From assembly GCA_030704615.1 (NCBI GenBank), contig CM060732.1:39184001-39248000 (forward strand): 64,000 nucleotides of DNA, written 5' to 3'. This document shows positions 1-12,640 of the stretch, piece by piece (position 1 is the stretch's first letter; every line of letters begins with the position of its first letter). A program made the position numbers and the translations under genes. The notes under the pieces are model-generated. The model was not told the DNA's origin. It saw only the letters and a list, made by a program, of their open reading frames with translations, and searched no databases. Source of the stretch: Takakia lepidozioides (taxonomy: Eukaryota; Plantae; Bryophyta).

Positions 1-622
1 CTGGGACTTCAAAGTTCATATGTACCAAAGCAATGAATGGGGGCTTGTTTGAATGCCAGGCACCCAAGTTCGTTCGTTCCTTCTTAGAAGAGTCTGGAAG
101 AAATATGTACAAAAGCGCACTTGGTGAGGTTACATCAAATAATGCTCCTTCTCTCTCTCTCTCTCTCTCAAGTGCCCATCAGAATCCTGCAAAGTTGCAC
201 AGAGGGATAGAAATCTCACCATACGAAAACCTCCTGCTAAAGGATTGGAGGAGTTGCCTTCATGAATCAGCTCATGGAGTGGTGCAACCATTGTCACAGT
301 GGTTGATTGTAGATAAAACGACAAAGACATACAAAATTATCATGGCTGGAAAGCCCCACCAGTGATGCCCAAGTGCATGTCATAGTCAATGTCTATTATG
401 ATGGCGCATGGGGATCATGGACAAGGTGATTGTCCACTTTGGCTGACTGGCCAACGTAGAAGCAGAGGACCTTTTATCTTTAAAATCGTCATCGAATTTT
501 GTTTCATCAAAAGATCTTTGTTGTGTTACCAATTTGATCCAGATGCAAGCTGGGTTTTCCAGTAACATGCCATGGTACAACTTAGGGCTTCAATTCCCCC
601 TTTTATTTAACAATTGAAGAAG

Positions 623-3578
623 TTAAGAATGTTTCCGTGAAGAGAAAGCCAATCTGGCGTTCTTGATGACATCCTTTTCTACAGCTGCAACGTTTTCTGG
701 AATTACAGGCAACAGCAGCCTTGAATGGAGGGTGTCCACAGGAAGCCAATTCATTGAACTGGCTGCATAGAACAAAGGGCCCCAGCAGTCGGCACGGTCA
801 TACTCCGGATTAGAGGAATGGAAGTGAACCCATACAGTGCTAGAATCCAGCTCTGCACAAATTGTACACACGTAAATGACAGACTGGAGCTCCAACCACC
901 CAATGACCACAACTGAAGCACTCTTGGGCCAAAGTTTTTTATCAAAGGGCTGGCCCACATCCCTGGTGGAGAAGACCTGGTTTCAATTGAGAAAGCAGCC
1001 TAGAGAGAATTGTAAGCCAAAGCCAAGCAGCTTTCCCCATTTGGCAACCGTCTATATTAGATGAGGTATGCTATCCTTGAGCACTAAGTTGGTGACTGTT
1101 TATTCAAGCAAAGGAGCAGAGATTCTGCATAGCCCTTTCTTATCCATATACAACACTGAAGTAAATAGGATTCAAGACTGGAATAAGGACCTGGGTATTT
1201 TGTGAGCAGTGCCCCATCTCCATAACGAATTGCCTTTAGTACCTGTGTCATGAACGCAGGGTTTTGCTTAGAGGATGCTGTTCAGCAGACTGGTACTTGC
1301 CTTCTTAGTTCCTAGCAAAGACATGCCAATCTACACCACCAACAGCGATGGTTTGAGCATGAGACATCTTTTGCCGGGCGTTCAGTCTAGACAAAAATGG
1401 TGCATTCACAATTCAAAGCCCCTCAGAGTTGGTGAGACTACAATGCGTATGTCCATTATTTGCTGCCATACTTGAACTTTTGAAATTTGCCTCCAAAAGT
1501 GGGTTTCCATAGAGAAAAGTGGAAACTATACTTACTGGCTAGTCTCCTGTCCTTCATCTTGTTCAACTTACTAGGTGGTACACGTGGAGAACAGCTGTAC
1601 ATGACAGCAATCAACAATAAACTGAGTCCTTCTAGGTGATAATCAATACTGTTCGGTGTCCTACATGTGGACATAGCTAGTGGCCGAAAAACTAACCAGA
1701 GGCATTTCTTGCTGGAAAATACGGTTCCGCAGAGCTGCTGGGGCCAAGAGTATGTGCCCTCCACTCACATGGCAGTGAACATTAAGAGACAACCGCCCAT
1801 TTGCTCTCCACTCAGCCACAATTTCATCCCTCATCAGCTGTGTACACCATCCTGTCAGCTGATTCCACATCAAAGTCCACAGTTAGTAGAGGCAGAAGCA
1901 TTTCGCTCTCCAAAACTGTGCTTGACTCTCAAATAGTCCTCCAATCTTAGGATTCTGCATCATGTCAATGTAGGTGAAGATGACCAAGGCAATACATTCA
2001 CTTAATAGTAGGGTGGAACACCCTACAGCGATGAAAGCTTACTTGAGAATTGTTGTAGGAAGGGCCAACTGAGAGCAATAGCTCGCCGGTGACATCACTG
2101 TGGGTGAGAGTGTACTTGCGTGGGAGCAGGTTCTCAATATGCTCACATGTGCCCGCATGTAAGTCTCCCTCAAATCTAACAGTCAGCTTGGATGCATCAA
2201 AGTCTGCAGGGCTGAACAGCCTCGCCACCTTCCCCCACCAATACATCTTCATTCATCAAGTCGTTTCACCTCCCTAATTGTAATGCAAGAAACATAAATT
2301 GCATATCACACAGGTGCAGTATTCCTACATAACTTGCTCATTCAACAGTTCTTCACATCAGATGAACTTAGTCGAGAGGATATAGATTCTGCCAGTAAAA
2401 ACAAATTGGGGTTATGCAGCAGCCTTCCAGGTACAAAGAAAGTCAGACGTTTTTTACAAACACCAACTACAGCCTCTGCTCAAACCCTTTTGTGTATTAA
2501 AATTACAGAAAGACCAGCTAATTCGTACATAAATGGAAACTGCATGCATAGAGGGAATTTTGGGATCCAGACTTGAATGTGGCATTTAGGATGCCTGACT
2601 TTATACTTCAGCCTCACCGTCTCGACTTCAATCTCAGCTCCAATCCACCGACATCTTAACTTTACCTGCATCCGCAAGTATGCCCTACCCAGGTTGTCCA
2701 CTACCTCGCGGATCGTGGCCATCACAAGGTATTATAAATTCAAAGTGTTTAAGGCATACAGTAAGAGAGATAGAAGACAGCAGTCAGCTAGAGAAACCTC
2801 CTGCTTCTTTCTCCCCTCGCAGATTACACAGTATACCAGTCTTTACTTAACTTATTTCGCAAGTCTCAAGAGCCAAGTTTCAAAGACTTTAGGCCAGACA
2901 ATCTCCGGTTGGCGAAAGCACAAGGTATGCAGATTCGCTACAGAAATGGAGGGCCTCAACCTTTGTGCTCAATGGGGGCCAATGCTTCTCCATTGTGTGA
3001 GCCATAATGTATCCCTCACCTTTTAAGTCATGCACAATCCCTTCTCGAATGCTTTCTCACTGTATCTCAGTTGTTTTCCCAGCCATGCTTTGTGGCTTCT
3101 CTCGTCTGTTGATCTTCTACTTTTGGAGCTCTATCCTAATCAGGATCCCCCGAAAGACATTCTTATCTTCCAAGACGAGCAGGCATGGTCACTTCCAAAA
3201 CAGCACAGTTCATCGACATAAGAGTGATGGTCAGTCCTTCGTTCTAACTGAAACAAAATTTGAGGAACATTCACATGCCCGGGGTTGCACCAAACTCACC
3301 ACAACAGCTCTTCTCCACTGTGGCGCAGTACTATCTGCGTGTATCTCGTCTCTGCAAATTCGCTGTTGCAGCTTCACAAATGCTGCGCTCCTTCTCCACT
3401 TCCTCACTCTCCCACTGAGATACTTGGACCCTTGTTGTTGAGAGGTCTCCTTGCTCCGTTGCCAGCCTGGCATTAAAGCGAATGAGGCCGGCATTTGTTG
3501 TAAGATAGTTCCGGTTGGAGTCACATAAGAAGGACATTGCGAAAGGCACGGCCATGGCAGCGGGGATACAGCTGCCAT
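623..3578 (-). CDS. SGR: STAYGREEN / SGR-like chlorophyll Mg-dechelatase, 5 exons (3578-3249, 2228-2043, 1858-1697, 1242-1191, 852-623)
   Basis: The spliced product contains VARLFSPADFDASKLTV..LPRKYTLTHSDVTGELLLSVG, GW..LMRDEIVAEW..LNVHCHVSGGH..RNRIFQQEMPL|VLKAIRYGDGALLTKYP|ELDSSTVWVHFHSSNPEYDRADCWGPL, all staygreen-family motifs. Introns are GT-AG and in phase. Exon 1 (transit-peptide-like) is less certain. There is no C-terminal Cys-rich motif, so it could be SGRL-type. Confidence 0.92.
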
Positions 3579-4299
3579 GGTCCCGCCAGAATATCAGACA
3601 GCCTGCACCTGCTCTCATTCCGGGTAAAACAACTCACTGATTCGTTCCAACCTTCAATCTGCAAGGCAGTATCCTCATCTCCCCCGCCACATGACCTTGC
3701 AGTCCCTCACGGCAGCATTCATTGAGACATCGGTTTCCTGCGCTATCTCATAAGCAAAGCGAACAATTGCAAAGTATAACTGAGGTTGAAAAAGAATGAT
3801 TCTCCTGCAGTGAACTGTGACACGGCCTACTTGATTTTGCTCATCAGATCGCTCTCCTCTGCTATACCTAAAACAGAGGGAAAAATTACAAACTTAAACT
3901 AAAAAACGCTTTCAAAAGAGTGATTCTAGCCACCTCCACAGAGATGTTGAGTGTTGTCGGAGCCTGCACTACAGCTACACTGTGAAGATGACGAGCGAGA
4001 CAGAAGCGGACTGGATAATGAATAGACCCACATATCTGTGTGGCTATTCGTCATTTATACGTAGTGAGGAACTAGGGTTTCATGCATGACGTGGATGACA
4101 CGAATGACCTGGATGATGGATACCTGGTAATTGAAGATGAAGTTATTTGTCGTCTCCTGCAGCTTATGGCGTTGCAGAGATTGGAGAGAGAGAGAGAGAG
4201 ATATGTTTGGTTGGGATATTGCATGAAAGCTGCTCTTATTGTCGATTTATCCTGTTTTCTGAGTGGTTTACAAGAGGCCACTCACTTCCATGTTTTGTA

Positions 4300-4735
4300 G
4301 CAGAGACCTGCAACTTTGGCAGATGCCATACAAGCCGGAAAAGAGTTCGACAACATGCACTGACAAGTTCAACAAGCCAAGATGTCGGAGCTTGCACTGC
4401 CATCATACATCACGATCGAGCCCATGCAGAATCCGACACCCTTAGCAGTAATCCAGCCCGCTCTTCATTACACGCCTTCTTATGCTGGAGGAGCAAGGCC
4501 ATATGTTCCAACAACGGCCCCAGCACCAGTCACGGCACCAGTTGTGCCCCAATATGCAGGTGCAGTTCCCACCAGCTCGCATGCGGATTCGAGTGGACTA
4601 TCCGATTCGCGAGTGGATCGTTTAGAAGCCCAAGTGACGTCTCTCATGAAGACGGTTTCTTTCTTTGAGAGAGGATGTGCTCCTGGGTGTACTTGGTGTG
4701 TTGGCTCTTTCGATGCCACCCACTGTCTCTCTTGA
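4300..4735 (+). mobile_element. Possible degenerate retrotransposon gag-like fragment
   Basis: Pro/Ala-rich stretch, then a short coiled segment (DSRVDRLEAQVTSLMK) and CTWC, resembling the gag region before a zinc knuckle. There is an in-frame stop upstream and no pol. Confidence 0.3.
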
Positions 4736-4872
4736 GAGAAGTGGCAAAAAAATTTGAGCAGAAGAGTTGGAGGATGAGTAGCAGCCATAGCATCCGGGAG
4801 ACGCATACTAGCCTTTTCCATATGTTTTGAGTCAATGTGATCCATGGAAATCGATAGATATAAACATGAAAT

Positions 4873-5552
4873 CTACACAGTTATTCTTCTACAAAGCTTT
4901 CCAGCCATTGGCCGTAACATCACCATCTCGAAATTGGGAACTGAATTGAGATTGAGCATCCATGATTCTTGTAGAACGTCAAATATCAGCGCTTGATTAC
5001 CATTGCATGTAATAGATACGTGATCACTGCACCCTTGATCCGCACACCAGTGGTCGGGCGCGTTAAATTCCCGAGAAATTGCGAGGAAATTGTACAATAG
5101 TTTATCATGAATTTTTGGCAACTGCCTCCATTGTCGAGAGGCTCGCGCAAACGTGGAGTTTCGCTGGTGTCATCAGCAGCTAGCAACAAGTGGCCCCGAC
5201 TTTCCAACAAACGTAAAAGATTACCCAAGTCATTGGGGATCTGTGTCTGAACCTCCGCCCATATTCCAGTGCCTAGTATGTCATAAGCAAAGAATTTGTA
5301 GGATCCATCTGGAAGTATCATGTGGAGGACGAATGTTAGAAAAAATAGGTCATAGTATACATCACGTTGCCGCATTTGGCCAAGTCTGTAAAAAGAAATC
5401 CGGTACCCAGCGGAGGTGGAAGAATGTTTCTTGTCTCATTCCAAGAGTTGGAGATAAGGTTGTAGACCAAAGTCTTTCGCACTCCAACTCTTTTGAGCTC
5501 ACAAAGAAGAATAAGCTTGTACCCACCGGTACTGCTATCCACCACCAATGCG
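4873..5552 (-). pseudogene. 5'-truncated, frameshifted F-box/kelch-associated protein fragment
   Basis: Three overlapping ORFs in different frames: LVVDSSTGGYKLILL..TLVYNLISNSW, FFAYDILGTGIWAEV..LLESRGHLLL and ALIFDVLQESW. These resemble C-terminal beta-propeller motifs of plant F-box proteins. The F-box itself is missing. Confidence 0.6.
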
Positions 5553-6398
5553 TTTGAATCTCTAACAGAGATTCAAACTGTAGGCACTTGAGGCAGTATT
5601 CTGCAACACTTCAAGATAGGGTTGAACACGATGAAGTGGGAATCCCAACAGATCATACACGTTGATTTGATGGTTCTCCCACTGTACCTTGATGTTGTTC
5701 TTGACATTCACCATGTTCTGAAGTAGATTCACTAGTGGCTTCACTATCTCTACTTATCTTGTCTGACTGGTCCCTGACCGTTTGGGAAGAGGATTGTCTA
5801 CTGTAGGGTCTGAAAACCGCTAGCTTGGAGACAAAGCCTAATTGACCCTGCAAACAATCAGAACTTGTTCTAGGGTCCTTCAAACTCTGATCCTTTTTGT
5901 TCTATGCTATGGACTGCAAGCCACTTGCAATAGTAAGCAACATTTAATGGACCCGTTAGTATGAAGTTGAACCTTCAAGGTTTCTCTCCTCTACGAGCTC
6001 AGTCTCTCTTTGCTAAGACCTCTCTCAGACCAGGACACAGAAACATAGAATGAAGATAAGTGAACACTTCATTACGTTTCTAAATTGTCACACAAACACA
6101 TATATCACCGACAAGGCATCTCTCGGTGGTATGTCGGTATGTCGGTTCAGCCTGTCGGTCCAGGGCCTCAGGCTCAACTTTAGTGATCTGTCAGTGGACT
6201 TCATTTAACTCAGTGATCTGTCCACTTGACTGGGTGATCTATCATTGAACTCCTGTTCAATGACGTATTGTTAGCCTATCAAATAGTCTAAGGACTAAGT
6301 CAAAAACCTTCATTGTTTTCCTGCTAACAAAACTCCTAACCAGCCTTGTTAATTGCTAACTAAAGTATCTAACCAGAGCTGAATTACTCTATTCAACA
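5553..6398 (-). mobile_element. Solo LTR (about 846 bp) with 5-bp target-site duplication
   Basis: Ends TTTGAAT...ATTCAACA, so the minus strand starts TGTTGAAT. Flanked on both sides by ATGCG (5548-5552 and 6399-6403). No coding capacity. Confidence 0.65.
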
Positions 6399-7629
6399 AT
6401 GCGATCATCATAGGGTATACAGCAGGGTCATGGTGAAGAGGCCTTCGAATTGTATGAGCAAATGCAACAGGAAGGGGTGATGCCCAACAGGGTCACATTC
6501 ATTTGTGATCTCAATGCAATTGCTAGCATAGGAGCGCTGGTAAAGGGTAAGCAGGTCCATGCTGACATTCTCAAAGTTGGAATTGTGGTATGCGTTAATT
6601 TGAAAACCACTCTTGTCGAAATGTATGACATGTATGTCAAATGTGGGAGCGTCAAGGATGCACGTCAAGTGTTTGACGAAATGCTGAAACAAAATGTGAT
6701 TTCATGGACTGCCATGATCGCAAGATATGCTCAGCATGGGTATGGTAGGGAAGCCATCAGATAAACATATACAACATGAAGGCTTCCAGCCAGACGGTAT
6801 CAATTTTATACCTCTTCTCTCCGCTTGTAGCCATGTGGGCCTATTTGATGAAGACCATCACTACTTTCATTCCATGAGTCGAGATCATGGCCTTACACGT
6901 GCAGTGGAGCATTTTGGCTGCATGGTCGACCTACTTTGCCGTTCAGGGCGATTGGATGAGGTAGAACACTTTATTATGAAAATGCCAATAGAACTTGATG
7001 CTTGTGTGTGGGTGGCTTTTCTTTGGTACCTGCAGAATTCATGGCAATGTTGAGTTAGCAGAACATGCTGCAAAATGCATTCTGAAATGCATGCTGGAGC
7101 TTACGTGCTACTGTCCAACATCTATGCTACGGCTGGCAGGTAGGATGATACAACAAAGGTTAGACAAATAATGGAGGAAATAGGTGTGAGAAAAGAGCCA
7201 GGGCGCAGTTGGATTGAGTTGAACACTGACAATACATGAGTTCATGTATTCATGAGTTCATGTATTCATGAGTTCGTTATGCATCCAAAAATTAAGGAAA
7301 TCCATATTGCTGAGCTGAGGAGGTTGTCTGGGCAAATGATGGAGGCACGGTACATGCCTGACATGCGCCTTATGTTGCATGACATGGAGGAGGAACAAAA
7401 TGAATTATCTCTTTGTCACCACAGTGAGAAGCTCGCCATTGTATTTGGACTCATCAGCATGTCTCCTGGAATGCCTGTCTGTGTGATCAAGAACGTTCGG
7501 GTGTGTCGTGACTGCCACACTGCCAGTAAGTTCATCTCGAAGATTGTTGGGCGGACACTTGTTGTACAGGATGCGAACCACTTTCATCACTTCCAAGATA
7601 GGGTTTGCTCTTGTGGGGATTACTGGTGA
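6399..7629 (+). pseudogene. PLS-class PPR-E-DYW RNA-editing factor pseudogene, 5'-truncated
   Basis: PPR motifs (GHGEEAFELYEQMQQEGVMPNRVTF, MYVKCGSVKDARQVFDEM..NVISWTAMI, LLSACSHVGL, HFGCMVDLLCRSGRLDE), an E domain (YVLLSNIYA, KEPGRSWIE) and a DYW domain (HSEKLAI..CRDCH..CSCGDYW). Broken by several frameshifts and stops, e.g. near 6420, 6762, 7025 and 7141. Confidence 0.93.
7236..7276 (+). repeat. 16-bp tandem duplication (CATGAGTTCATGTATT, about 2.5 copies) inside the PPR pseudogene
   Basis: Directly visible; it lies at the E+/DYW junction. Confidence 0.85.
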
Positions 7630-7650
7630 AGCCAGCAACATGAAAGAAAA

Positions 7651-10026
7651 TCCAGGGGAAGTCACTTCCAAATATTTCCAATTGACGTGCAAAAAAAATA
7701 TAGGGTGCAATTTATTTTGAAAAGATAAAAGTTTGAAAATATTTAAAATTAATAATGGGTACATTATATTGTGATCAGGTAATTTAAATTAACATAGGGT
7801 CTAAAATAATGACTCGTTTCAATTTTTTTCTAAGATTACTATAGGGTTGAGATAATACTTATGGAAAATACCAGAGGCTATCCACAATACAATCCTCCTC
7901 TGTCAAGGCAGCTCTGCGAAGTAATGGAGCTAAGGGGAGTCGCAAGGGTGTGCCAACATCCATAGCTACTAGTGTAGATGAGGGAAAATGGTGTTTTGCC
8001 CAGCTGTTGCCTTAGTCCTTCATTCAGGGTTGGTATATTGACGTAGGAAGTCTCGTTAGTATGAGGCTGAAAGTTAGTTACACTCAGCAAAAAAAAAAAA
8101 AAAAAAATCCCAGTCAGCTAGGCCAGCCTCTATACATATCGGAGTGGGCTACACGCACTAAACAATAAAACTACTTTATGAATTCTGGGAAATGCTTATA
8201 CGTATGGATCTCGGAAAGGTGCGTAGCACTTCGTTGGACCTTTTTTCTTTCGTAAGGGGCCCTCTGGAAGGGCTGGAGTAGTTCTGAAAAAAACAAGAAT
8301 ATACGAAAACAGATTCCATTATGTGAGGCTCACCACGAGGCGTATCATGCAGGGGAGCTTAATAGAGAGGAAATGCAGATAATATCATCCCATCAGCCCT
8401 AGGCCTCTATTAATAAGTAACCCATCCCTAGAGACGGACCTGATACAATATTCTCAGCAATTGAAGTTTTCTGAGTGAGAGCTGTATGACAAAAGATTGT
8501 CACGTATGGTTCGGAGGGCAACATAGACCGACCCCTATCTATCTTCAACATGCGTGGCCCAGGAATGACCATGCATAGATTACCTCTATTCGTGCGGTCT
8601 GTATCAGTGACAGCATTCCCACTTCCATTACCCATCCCAGTACTGGCAGGTGTATTTGCGCCTGACGAGGTAGCGATGCCTCGGTCGAATTCGACTATAT
8701 GCTGGGAACTCCGCAAGGACAATCAGCAGGGAACGAACCATGATGGGTAGGTAAGATTCAAAAAATGAAAAAGAAGACAGGGAGCAGGTGGGGCATATCG
8801 CGACTCTTAAATAGACCAACCACACCAATTATGGCGCTATTAAACTACTTCTCAAAATCTAGAGGACAATTTAAATTCACATATGATCATACCGACGAAC
8901 AAGTGGATAGATATAGACTCAATTATTAGTTCAGTCACTATGACTTTTGATAGAGCGCAGAACGTTAATATCAGTGTTGGACCGGCATATAGGTCTTGGG
9001 CGGGTATCAACTAGGGTAAGGGTAGTGGTATGAAGGATCATACCAGGCGGGTACCTACAACGGCAAAACCCGGCAATACCTTGGTAGGGTAGGATACATT
9101 GACTTCTAAAACCTTGGCGCAAAACATATCAGCGGGGTCTTCTTCCTCGCGCTACCACTCCAATACCATGCATGCGTCGGTTGAGGGACATGATGCAGGG
9201 GTAGGGTCTAGGGTAGTTTGAGGTTAGGGATACTAACTACATATAGCGTTTTCAAGACGGCACTTCAATGAGGATGAGTTACAGGATGCTAATATATTTG
9301 AAGAGGAGTAGATGAAATGCAATTTATCAGTTTCTGCTCTTAAAGAGTAATAGAGAAGAGTTAGGGGCCATTTGGGATATTTTTCAATATCGAAATGGAC
9401 CATTTGAACAATTGAATAGTTGAAATCTTAATATGATTTAAAGGGCCTCCGTCCATATTTTATTTATTTTTAAATGAGTTAGAAAGAACTGCACTAGTGT
9501 AGCTGGTACCAAACCCTGGCACATACCAGGCTGGTATGACTTTTGAAAGTTTGTTTAATACCATATCTGTCAGATTTTCACTTTGATACCATACCATATA
9601 CCATACCAGGCTATTAAATTTACACATCAATTGATACCAATACCATACTGGTTTCAATAATTCAACTGTACCCAATACCTTTACCCTAGTGGTATCAAAA
9701 AACCATGATACCAGTCCAACACTGGTTTATACCTTGAATGGTGACAATGCGAATGCTTTAAATGAATTTATTTCAATCAAATAATAAATTCAAATGTTTT
9801 GAAAAAATAAATTATTGTATTATTAATATAGGGTGTCTAATATTTGTTTGAAACAAAAATATATAATTAAAATAGCATAACAAAAATTCACCATGCACAA
9901 AATTATGTAATTATAGGGTACTAAAAAATACCCAAAATAAAAGTAATACCCCCCCCCCCCCCCCCCAACAAAATACCCATTTATCTCATGTGCCCTACAC
10001 AAGTGATAGAGAGTGACTTCCCCGGA
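7651..10026 (+). mobile_element. Internally deleted TIR DNA transposon (hAT-like) with a degenerate ORF remnant
   Basis: Terminal inverted repeats (TC)CAGGGGAAGTCACT and AGTGACTTCCCCGG(A). Flanks are similar (AAGAAAA / AAGAAAG). AT-rich subterminal ATAGGG repeats. The ORF remnant [48 protein letters not shown] resumes after the nested insertion. Confidence 0.65.
8972..9724. mobile_element. Non-autonomous hAT-type element (753 bp) nested in the larger element
   Basis: 17-bp TIRs CAGTGTTGGACCGGCAT and ATACCAGTCCAACACTG (2 mismatches). 8-bp TSD GTTAATAT / GTTTATAC (6/8). Subterminal ATACC/GGTAT repeats at 9500-9715. Confidence 0.85.
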
Positions 10027-11592
10027 AAGAAAGTGTGTTGTTTCAATTGTGAGGTTGAAGAGGTCATATATGTTACCACATGCGTAAGCTTTGTAAAGTG
10101 GAAAGAAATGATTATAGACTTGAAAGTATAATCATCAGTACACGTCAACCAATTGGCTTCCTATGGCGGGGATGATCATTAGAGGTGAAGTACAGCTTGG
10201 GGAACATGATGCACTGGAAACATTATTGCAGAGGATATCTCCTTGCTAAAAAAAAGGATGTTTGTTAGTGCCAAAAAGAGCTCAAGCTGTTCCCCAGAAA
10301 AGTGAGGAATACTTTGTGCTCGGTGACTCTTTTGTGGGGGCATACAGTATCTGGAGACATGTGTTTTTTCTAACTCTGGCAGAGTCATCACAAGTTTAAG
10401 ATTAAGAGAACACCTCCCTCCCTGTCGGGATCCAAAAAGGACACAGGGTCAAATATTAATGAAAGTGAGCTAACATAATCTTAAACACCCATATTCATGG
10501 TTGGACCTGCTGTGCATACAAGATCTTTTAAGTCATTTTCACGCAACTGTATTTAGAGCCAAACACACTGTGGCAGGCGGTCTGTGGATAGACTGTTCTT
10601 GACTGAGCGAGTGAGTGTTTGGCTTCGTTGCTTTCCATCCGGGAGTGTTTGGTTTCTCACGCAAGGTTTATGTTTGCTTTTTGAGTGTTTGGTGTGTGTT
10701 TGTGAGCGAGCAATGCTGATGGTCCAAGTTGGCTTTGGTCCAAAAGCCATGGAGTCCTACATGGCACCCAATGGATAATGTTGTGAAGGAGTGGAGGAAT
10801 TTTCTAGGCCTATCTCGAAGAGCTGTGGCCAAAAGTCGTCCATCTTAAAAACATCACATTGTAAATTTCTAGACATATGCCAGTTTATTTTTACTGGCAT
10901 ATGAGCTGGTTTGGTCCATGTAGAAGTAGCCATGACTATGCACACTCCCTTCAGTTAGGGGTTCCACACCACGTCAATAATTATGGGTGTAAAAAAAACC
11001 AAACCAAGCCAAAGTTATCATTGTGGCCAGTCCAGACAAAAGAAATGCTACATGGAAAGGAATCTCTAGATAATCTTGTAGACTGTTTGAAAGTCTAGCT
11101 CTCAAGTCAAAACTCCATACAAGAGCTTACATTCTTTTGGAGAAAGGCAAAAATTTCATATACTTCACATCCCATCACAACACGTACTGAGAGAAGGCCC
11201 TTTATCTACACTGCATTTGAGGTTATACAGACTGCTATTCTATGCACCACCTATGGCATGAGATGCTATATCCTTACTATCATGTCCTGCTTCTTATACA
11301 ATCCCTTCTATTTCAAAGTAAGACTAAGATGGCATGAAAGAACAAACCACCCCAAGAAAATAGAGCAACATTTCTGTTTCTATTGTCTGCATCTTCCTCT
11401 TTCTGCAAGGACACCACTGAGATGTGTAAGATAAACAAATTCTGAGATGCGTAAGATAAACAATGAAGATATTGAGTTACTGCTTTTAGTGGACATCATA
11501 AATTCTTTCTTTCTTTCTTTTCTTTCTTATAGCAATGCCGGCCGTTGACTTTTTGGGCTATGTCTCTTGCTTTGCCAAAATAATTACTTCAA

Positions 11593-12640
11593 TTTTTATT
11601 TATTTATTTATTTTTAACAGGGGACGGTGGCCCTGATAATTTTATCGAAAAGATAAAACCCTTTGAGTGCCCGAAGGCTGCCATAAGGCTTGACTCATGG
11701 TGGGCCGTGCTGGATAACTCTAGATCAGTAAAATTTTCTGAACTTCAATACATTTCACACGACCCTACACAACACATTGGCTCTAAAGAAAGTATACAAG
11801 GTAATCGGCACACCTTGATAGGCTGGGATGACGGATAGTCCTACACTGAACTCAGTTACGCATTGTCCTTAAAGCTGCGGGCCACAGGGTTGAGTGGGCA
11901 CCCATACTATAATTTGAACAGTTGCAATGGATGCCCAACCATTCACATCCTTGGCCAGGGTAAACCATACTCGAATTTCATGCGAGTGCTGAAACTTGAA
12001 TATTCTCGACAAAACTAAGGAGAATGACTGTAGGAGTCCTATAGGAGTAACGATAGCTGCTTGATCCCTATAATGCAGAGGAGGAGATGGATCGTCACCT
12101 GTGAAGTAGAAGCTCCACGAGGAAGCTGCAGCCTTGCATAATGATCCACCGACAGCTTCCCTCCTTCCCCCAACAATCGCTAATCAGTTGGTGATCCCTG
12201 CAGGACCTCTCCCTTTAGACAACACCACTGAGGACACTAGTACACCAACAGTTTGGATGCCTACCATCACCAATGAGAGCCCGGAGAATGTTTTCAGACG
12301 ACAACAAGGAGTCTGACGAAGAAGATGAAGCCACAACCTCTTCGGACCTGTTAGATGCTCTTACGACGCCCATGTTTTGCACCTTGCTGCTGCATTGCAC
12401 CTCCCTGCATAGTGTGCCTGTGATTGCCGGACTGAGAGGCCGAGGACCCACAACCACACAGGGTAACATCTCGGTAACATGGTGAGCTTCTCAGCTGCAG
12501 CAGATCAGTGCTAGTGGCGCCTATGGCGCTTTGCGAGGCAAGCCAGCAAGTAGTTCTAGTTAAATAGGGGATAAAACACCCACATACATGGCTGTTTTGT
12601 CGATTATACACAGCCAAGCATGGGGTTAAAGCGCCCAACT
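11593..12640 (-). mobile_element. Probable 5'-truncated non-LTR retroelement 3' portion
   Basis: The minus strand ends CAGGGCCACCGTCCCTGTT followed by an (AAAT)n/A-rich tail, and the same terminal motif recurs near 13720-13745. No recognisable ORF; the 5' limit is a guess. Confidence 0.4.

Noticed and set aside
2480-3230. ORF-like stretches in the long first intron of SGR
   Set aside because: Multiple stops, no recognisable motifs, and exon 1 splices in frame to exon 2 without them.
8089-8107. Poly(A) run as a retrocopy tail
   Set aside because: No target-site duplication and no recognisable source gene upstream.
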